From the human T2T-CHM13v2.0 reference genome, Homo sapiens: a stretch of DNA of 64,000 nt. The stretch is taken from assembly GCF_009914755.1 (NCBI RefSeq), contig NC_060931.1; one strand, given 5' to 3'. A model generated the notes under the pieces. It ran no database searches. It was not told the origin of the DNA and saw only the letters and a program-made list of their open reading frames with translations. Both the position numbers and the translations under genes were made by a program. Shown here piece by piece: positions 55,409 through 64,000 of this stretch. Positions within the stretch are counted from its first letter, which is position 1, and every line of letters begins with the position of its first letter.

Positions 55409-55540
55409 TTTTTAATTTTTTTTAAGAGATGGGGGTCTCACTATGTTGCCCAGGCTGATCTCCAACTCCTGGCCTCAAGCAATCCTCTCACCTGGGACTC
55501 CCGACGTATCAGGATTAAGGTGTGAGGCACCGTGCCTGGC
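55409..55540 (-). mobile_element. Alu monomer (FLAM-like) within decayed L1M (~54.7-56.1 kb)
   Basis: Single arm, reverse orientation. Confidence 0.85.
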
Positions 55541-56587
55541 TAGCAAATAATTTTTAAATGCTTATGACTAATAATTTTGATAAACCTATGAGTATTTTTC
55601 ACATTACTACACAAAATATATTTTATTTTGAAATATTAAGCAAAAACCTCAAACATGACCTTTGACCAAGAAATTCAACTTCTAAAATGTATCATAAGGA
55701 AAAAAATTGAACAACTGTGCAAAGATGTATGTTTAAGGATGATCAAAACAGTGTCTATACCAGTAAAAAAAAAAAGTATGACTAAAATAATTAACAATAG
55801 ATTATTACATAAAGTATTGGATAGTTTTTAAATATTATCCAGCCACTAAAATTATGACATAGATTTATGTTTATTAACATGGCATTATGTCCATAATGTA
55901 ATCTTAGGTACAAAATAGTATGTATAATAAACACAGTAATGCATAAGCAAACAGTTGAGAGGTTAGTTTCTGAAAATGCTGATAATGAATCTCAAGGTTA
56001 TATCTGTAGTTTTTAATTTTCAGCAATCAACATATGCCTCAATTTTCTAGTTTTCACAATGAACATATATTGTTAATGTAACTTTACAAATTAAAAATAT
56101 TTATAAGAAACATTGTTTTATTAAACCATTGAAAGCATTATGACAGTAGTATTTCATTTTAAAAATATACAAAATTGAGCTGATTATTCCAAGCCCATTT
56201 ATTTAAAAAAATTTTAAAATATAGCACATGGCAGGCCTTCATAAAAATTCCTTCCTCTGTTACATTTTGGGTCCATACTGATAATAACCAAACATAAGTG
56301 TAAAATTATATTATTAAATAAAAAATATATATGAAAAATAGAGCCTGTGAAAATAAAATAAATTGGTCTTCTGGATACAATATTTAGAAAAAGACATTTT
56401 CTCACAAAGTACTGTCCAGATTGAGACTAAGTTGTTGACTAAGACATCCAGGTCTTGTTTCTCTTGTGTTTTGCTTTCTGTTATCTTTTATTTATGAGCA
56501 TACTATACAACATGCTCATTCCCTTGTAATATTTTGAAGAAAGTGAAAAAGATGAAAACATATAATAATTATCAATTATTTGGTTTA

Positions 56588-56918
<331 letters not shown>

Positions 56919-58253
56919 ACAGCATTTTTCTCATTTCTTCCTCCTGCATTCAAAACTATGTATTTCCCCAAAGTTATAATGTCACATATATGAAACCTGT
57001 CATTTTCCATTTTTAGAGACCTGAGCAACCAAACATTGTGATTTTTCCAACCTTTGGAATGTTCCTTGAAAAAGTTTTTCTCTATTTTCTTGTATCTGTA
57101 ATTAGGCCAGGCTATGAAAACTATAGAGGTGATAATTCATTAAGTTGTACATTTACAGTGTATGTACTTTTTTCATACTTCACTAAAATGTTAAAACTGC
57201 AGGGACCATTTAAATGATGCCTGGTTAATGTCCTTAAATGTTCTCTAAAATACATTTAAGTAAACAGAAGCAAAATATAAACTCTTCGCTAAAATGTATT
57301 CTTATTTTCTTGGAATATTAAAAATGAACACATTTAAATCTCAAACCAATCTCATATCTCAGCCGAGATAAATGATGGTTGAAAAGAAAATGCAGGCCGC
57401 ATCAATGGAAGAGGTGCCATCTATCACATTAAATTTAAAAAAGAAAGCTGTATAGTTCACTCAGCTTCTGGTGACAAACAATACTGTTATAACCCTACCC
57501 AAATTTTACTGAAGTTCTAAGTTCACATATACTTTTGTCTTACAGAAGTCTGATCCCCATTACCACCTCTACCAGAGTACAAGTTGAAAAAATAAAAGTG
57601 AAAGTCCAAGAAAACAAGTTCACCCATTGTTAAAAAAGAAAAAAATCTATGTTTAGTGAGGAAGAAAACTCACATTGTAACCTCAAATACTTACTTCAGA
57701 ATGCACGTTAAGTATGTAACATAATAACTACTTATAAAGGAATGACCCTCAAAGAAAGCCTCCCAGTCATATCAAAAACTTTAAGGGCATATGTATTCAA
57801 CAACTAACTTGCAACACAGCAAATAATTGCCCAAGAGATTTTTTTTAAAAAAAGAAAAAGAAATCCAAGTCTTCTTCCTACTAGCTGTGTGATCCGGGAA
57901 CGCTATGTAATCTTATTCTGATTCTCTTTGCCCATCTGCAAAATGATAGCATCTACCTCACAGAGTTGGGAAGCTTCAATGAGATAAGCACAAACAATGT
58001 TCAGCATAATACCTGCCATACAGCAATCAATGGAAACTTTTATCATTATTATTCTGAAATTTTATTTAAAAAACAACTAACAAACGCATTTTCAATTCAA
58101 TTATATGATGTAGTTATTTTTTAAAGGAATAAATTATTTTTAAAAGGAATGATTATGATTTCTCACCTCAACAGAAATTTCAGAGACTTGATTTTCACTT
58201 TTCTTAAATGTTTCTACTCTCTTCCAGTATCGTCCCCCATCCCGCTCCTCCTC

Positions 58254-58362
58254 CAAGATAGGGTCTTGTTATATTGCCCAGGATAACCTCAAACCCTTGA
58301 GCTCAAGAGAGCCTCCCACCTTAGCCTCCCAAGTAGCTGGGATTACAGGCACATGCCACGGT
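58254..58362 (-). mobile_element. Alu monomer fragment
   Basis: agggtcttg..ttgcccagg..tagcctcccaagtagctgggattacaggc. Confidence 0.8.
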
Positions 58363-60207
58363 GTCTTGCCAGTGTCCATCTTTAATGCAGAAATCTTTAC
58401 AGTAATACTTCAATATCTTGTTCCCAGAAAAATATGCATGAGAAATGTGTGTACAAAAATACCATCTTTTTTTTTCCAAGAAAAGCATTACATGATGTAA
58501 TGGGGGATGGGGAATAGTATTTTTGAGCACACAGAAGTAGAACACATGATCACAGATTATGATGTATGCTCCAAGTGATCCAAGTGTGTGACATCAAAAT
58601 ATCACACAAATTTGTTGTTTAGTTATATTTCTAAAGAAAGAAAACAGGAGGAAAGCAATATTTTGAGGACCTACTATATACTGGGCAGGGTCAAAGGAAA
58701 TCTACTCTGGCTTGTTATATCTTCCTAACAGTCCTCTGAAACCTGAGTGAGAAGTTAACTTCTGGTAATTCACAGTTAGAAACAGGGATGGAAATGGGAT
58801 TTAAACCAAGATCTAAATGGTTTCAAAGCCTATTCTTTCTTGTCTCTCAATCACAAATTACACAGCAGAAATGATTACAATAGTTTATGGCATCACTTTA
58901 TGATATTATGAAGCCTCTAAAGTATTAGTAAAGTATTACTTTGATGGAAAAAATTTATGAATACGGTGTTGTTCTCATTATTATCTTAAAATACCTAGCC
59001 TCCATGTGCCCATTCAACAAGATTTATTCAAAGTCATTTACCCTCAGTAGAAGTCTTCCTAACTAATCCTTGCAGTTTTTATTGTTGTTGCTACCATTTA
59101 ACTCACTTTAAAATATCAATTTCATACTTAGTTTTAGGTAGAAAGTCTCTAAATCAATAGATTAGGTGGCTATTCTTCAGTATCTTCAAACTTCATCAAA
59201 AACAACAGCATACAAACAAAATACCTTCTCTCTATCCTCTACCTTCTGTCCTGCAATTATCACAACTTGGCATTAATGGAAAAGACCAAGCAGAGATTAC
59301 TTTGCTTCTTTATCTTCCAAAGAAGAGATCAATATCCTGGGTACTCTTCCATCCCTGAAGAGTAACTAGATCAAGCTGGAGGATGTGGGTTATCATACAG
59401 CACATCCCAATAAAACACCATTTTATCCTACTCACTCTCTTACTCCACATAGACTGCTGATACATATGTTAACCATTCATGCTCTCCACTTTGTCCCAAG
59501 ATGCAATTCTTCCTCAAGTCTTTTCCCAGGTGAAGGCTCGTACCCTACAGCTGCCAATGAATGTTCTATTACTTCTCCCAGGAAAAAATATGGCTTTCAT
59601 TTTCAAAGCCCTTTTAGCAAAGGAACTTTTTCTTTTCCAAATAAAATAGTTTACAAAACTCAAATTTATAAACAAGATAAAAGCAAACTACCCTCAACAA
59701 AGCAAAATTAGGGGACCAGAGTAAAACAGCTCAACATTCCTTTCATCCAAATCACAAGGATTCCTCACAATACAATGTGAAACAAACATGATTTTGAAGA
59801 AGCAGCCTCAATAGAAAATTCCATGAGAAATTTCCTGCTCACTGTACTAAAATCTTGAATAAATATATTCTTCTGTAAGAAATTAAATAACCATGATGAA
59901 GAAACAGACTCACCCTGCCCCTGTAGCCAGATCTGTGATAATATCCCATAAGTATCCCAAAGACTAAGAATGAACTTCATTAATCTGCATAATTCCAAAA
60001 CAGACACATAAACAGATGGACACATATAAAAGATATTTTATAAGCAATATCCCATTACAGCTGTTTATTTTTAAATCATCAGTTAATATTTTGTATCTGT
60101 GTATAAAAAAATATCTAGTTTCTGGCAATAAAACGTCTTACAATTCTGGCACTTTTCTGTCAGAAGAGCCAAAACATAGTAAACAAAAAACCAAAAACAA
60201 CAATGGG

Positions 60208-60209
<2 letters not shown>

Positions 60210-60246
<37 letters not shown>
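60210..60246. repeat. Perfect (GT)~18 microsatellite
   Basis: Direct reading. Confidence 0.95.
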
Positions 60247-60247
<1 letters not shown>

Positions 60248-60365
60248 TTTATTTTGCTTTGTTTTAACTCTAATGTCTTTCTAGAGAAGAGCTTCAAAAA
60301 TCATTCTTCTTCCTCCAAAACAAACAGTACTCTTTCCATGTAACTGACGTGGTACAAATGCTGCA

Positions 60366-60925
60366 TGTATTAGTTTCTTATTGCTACCGTAACAAATTAC
60401 CACAAACCTAGAGGCTTAAAAAGCACAAATTTGTTACCTTATAGCTCTGAAGGTAAAGTCCAAAACAGGTCACAATAAGCTAAAACCAAGATGTTTCCAT
60501 GGCTGTATTCCCTTCTGGAGGCCCTTAGGGGAGAATCTGTTTCCCTGGTCATTTAGGTTGCTGGCAGAATGGAAGTCCTTATGGTTGTGGAACTGAGGAC
60601 CTCACTTCCTTGCAGGCTATCAGCTGAGGACAGTTCCCAGCTTCTAGAAGACATCTACATACCTTGGCTTATGATCTCCTTCTTTCATCTTCAAAGCCAA
60701 CAATGGCAAATCAAGTACTTCTCATGCTTCAAATCTTTCCTGTCTCTTCATCCATCACCTATCCACTCTTCTGCCTTCATCTTCCAATCCAGAATAATCT
60801 CCCCATCTCAAAGCCTATAATTTAAACGTACCTGCCAAGACCCTTTTGCAATGTAAGTTAACATATTCATAGGTTCCAAGGATTAAAACAGGACTCTCTG
60901 GGGGACCATTATTCTGCCTATTGTG
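60366..60925 (-). mobile_element. MLT1 LTR (MaLR)
   Basis: tgtattagtttcttattgctaccgtaacaaattaccacaaac ... ccattattctgccta. Confidence 0.85.
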
Positions 60926-60987
60926 CCATACTTGTTGAGCTGCACTGATTTGAAGTCAGAAAAAACACCAGAGAACATGTCATGATC

Positions 60988-61373
60988 TGCTGTAGTCTGC
61001 ATGTGTCCCCCAAAATTCATATGCTGGAAGTTTAATCCCCAATGTAATAGTGTTGGGAGGTGGGGCCTTTTGGGAGATGTTTAGCTCATATAGGCTCCAC
61101 CTTATGTACACATACAGCAATGCTGCTATAAAAAGGGTTTGCAGGAGTGGGTTCTCTCACTTCTGCTCTTATCCCACAAAGGAACACAGAGTTCATCTCT
61201 CTTACCCTTCTACCTTCCACCACGTAAGGATGCAGCACGAAGGCCCACATTGAATGGCAACAACTTGTTCTTGGACTTTCTTGCCTCCAGAACTGTGAGA
61301 TACTACATTTCTGTTCTTTATAAACTATATAATCTGTAGTATTCTTTACAGCAGTACAAAACAGAGTAAGATA
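60988..61373 (+). mobile_element. MSTC/D-like LTR (MaLR)
   Basis: gtgtcccccaaaattcatatg..ttaatccccaatg ... gcctccagaactgtgaga. Confidence 0.8.
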
Positions 61374-62400
61374 CTATCCTTTAGCCTCAAAAGTTGTTAG
61401 GATCAAAAGCATTAGAGTTCAAAATACTGAGCAATTGTATCATTAAATATTACCACTATGAGTAAATCCATCAATTAGAATAGCTATTATCACTAAGCCC
61501 TTACTTCTCTTGAAATCAAAGAATATCTAAATATGTGAACATAACTTAAGGCTGAATAAATTAAATTTCTCATTGTAAAACAGAACTTATTTATAATTTT
61601 AGACTCCTCTCTCTTTGCTTAACTGCCTGTGTCCCACAAATCTCAATCCCTAAATAATGTCACCACAAGGCTAAAGTCACATTGGAAGACACAGGCTTAG
61701 ATGATATCTTCTAGAAAGCACAACACTGTTCTTGTCATAGAAACAAGACCGAACTTAAACCAGTGACAAGACCCATGAGTTCAACACATGCAACATCTAG
61801 AATCTCTTAGAATCCCCATATTAAATATATTCAAAGACTATGAAAAAGGTGTTGCTACTTTGAATTAGTTTTGGCAAAAAGAAAGAACAACTTCTATTGG
61901 GACACAGATCTTCTGCTGTTCTTCTAAATAAGGGAAAGATGTGCCTTAGAAAATAAATTGTTAAATAGCTAGAAAAATAATAACATGAAACTAATTTGAG
62001 TATTAAAAATTTCCACAAGACATGTCATCTTTTCAAAACAAAGTAATTTAATAGCAATAGACCCCAAAAACCAAAGTAAAGGTACTTGACAACATTCTTA
62101 TATCCGTTTGTTCTTTGGGAGTACAGAAATTTTATATACATAAAATTTAAGTTTATATTTAATATTACCTCCAATTTCAAACTAAAAATAATGCATAAGC
62201 TCTCAACCTACACAGATTGTTATCAAAGTGATTTAAATTTACAATGCATATCCAATTTTACAGTCTTTGAGTGCCTATGAGAAACAGGCAAATACAAATT
62301 AGTTTCATCTAGCTTCCACTAATGGCAGAGTGAACTGGTCAGGCATAGTTTCCAGCAGATAAGCTCTAAACCTATATAAAGCACTTCTAAAAACACACCA

Positions 62401-62749
62401 TAGTCATGTGCCACATAATGATGTTTTAATTAGTAACAGTGGTCCCATAAGATTATAATGGAGCTGAGAATTTCCTATTGCCTACGATGTCACAGCCACA
62501 GTGACCTTAGCATAATATGTCACCTGCTCTATGTTTAGATATATTTAAGTAGACAAGTACCACTGTGTTACAACTGCCTACAATATTCAATACAGCAACA
62601 TCAATAGGATATACCATATAGCCTAGGTGTGTAGTAGGCTACATCATCTAGGTTTGTGTAAATACACTCTATGATGTTTACACAAAGATGAATCACCTAA
62701 AGACACATTTCTCAGAACATATCCCCATCATTAAACGATGAATAACTGC
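62401..62749 (+). mobile_element. Tigger3-derived (MER7-like) non-autonomous element
   Basis: agtcatgtgccacataatgatgttt, gtggtcccataagattataat, gtgtgtagtaggctacatcatctaggtttgtgt. Confidence 0.85.
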
Positions 62750-64000
62750 ATTTGAAGGCGACAGAAATAACCAAAGAAAGATTTACTTTTAATTATAGAA
62801 ATTGCAATGAGTAAGAATTCCAAGTCTGGTCATTTTTGTCTAATGGCACTCACTACCACAACTCCCATTCCAAGTCCCATAGATACAGACTTACATTCTG
62901 GAGATGGCTGAGAACAGGAATCAGGGCAGGCAGAGTAGTTATTTCACATAAAGCTGGGGACGAGGGGTCAGTGGGTGGAATCCTGAGAGCCACAGGAGCA
63001 AGACCAAATCCCCGCCTTATCATTAACATACATATGCGTGGCAGAGATCCAATGGGGATTTGGAGAAAAAAGCAATCGAAAGTCAGAGAGGAATCTACCC
63101 TTACAAGATCTGTAAAATGAGTGAGTCTGCTGCTTTTTCAGACTGATAGCATTCCCTAAACAGTGCACAGCTATAATGGCAGAAAGCTGGGGCCTTACTA
63201 ACTTGCGGTGTCAGAGGACTGAGCTCATGGCTGGCACGGCAACTGAAAGGATAGGGAAGAAACACACAAAGGAAAAAGAGGTAAGGGCCATAATTTTAGT
63301 ACCAACTTTGCCAGAATCCTTGGCGATAGCTAACTACACAGGTACAGGGAAAACCATAAGGTACTACACTCCCAAAGTGGCAGCTGTAAGATTAAAGAAC
63401 TGAGCAAAACCAGCAACTACACAATGCAGGGAAAATAATGTACAGTTTAAGACCAGACAAGTTAAATTTGTTCTACAGGCTAGAACAAAAACAACATGAG
63501 CAATCCTCAGAGAACATAACAGAATCTACAATCAATAAAATGTACTATCCATAATGTCTAGTTTTCAACCAAAATTTATTTCACATGCAAATAAATGAGA
63601 TAACATGATCCATATGCATGAAAAGGAAAAAAAAAGTCAATAGAAATTGATTCAGAGAGGGCTAATATGTGGGACTTAGCAAAGACTTCAAAGCAGCTAC
63701 TATTTCACCTGAAGTAATTCAACACTAAGTAGACTGTGGTAATTAAAGATGCATGTTGCAATCTCCAGTGAATTTCTAAGAATTACAGTGTAATTCTTAG
63801 AAAAATAGTACAAGCACAGAGCTAAAAAGTGCACAAACAAAATAAAATAGAAGACACAAAAGTATTTGATTAACATAAAAGAAAGCAGAAAATTCCAAGA
63901 AAGGAAATCCCAGACTAGATGACTTCACAGGTGAGTTTGGCCAAATACTTTATTTCATTTATTTTTTATTTATTTTTACTCATTTTTTAATTATTTTTTT

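Overview
AT-rich, repeat-dense primate (human-like) genomic DNA. The only credible protein-coding region is the single-exon 433-aa CDS of the orphan class A GPCR GPR22 (42101-43402, +). It is preceded by a clear splice acceptor and two probable non-coding upstream exons (~38.1-38.5 kb, ~39.4-40.4 kb). It sits in a ~10.7-kb island free of recognisable Alu/L1/LTR. From established knowledge GPR22 is nested antisense in a large COG5 intron (7q22). No COG5 exon is evident, but the A>T skew and the nearly uniform + orientation of L1s fit a minus-strand host gene. The rest is transposon debris: ~16 Alu/FLAM copies, old L1M/L2, MaLR and ERV LTRs, and Tigger/MER DNA elements. The best nested structure is an L2 containing a near-full-length Tigger2, which in turn contains an L1PA 3' end and a full-length RPL37A processed pseudogene. 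I found no evidence for a new biological system. The best leads are the uAUG-laden GPR22 leader, a cardiac-TF motif cluster at ~49.1 kb, the non-canonical HPLLY motif, and a 30-bp templated duplication at 46.2/46.9 kb. Repeat subfamily names come from recalled consensus sequences and their boundaries are approximate.
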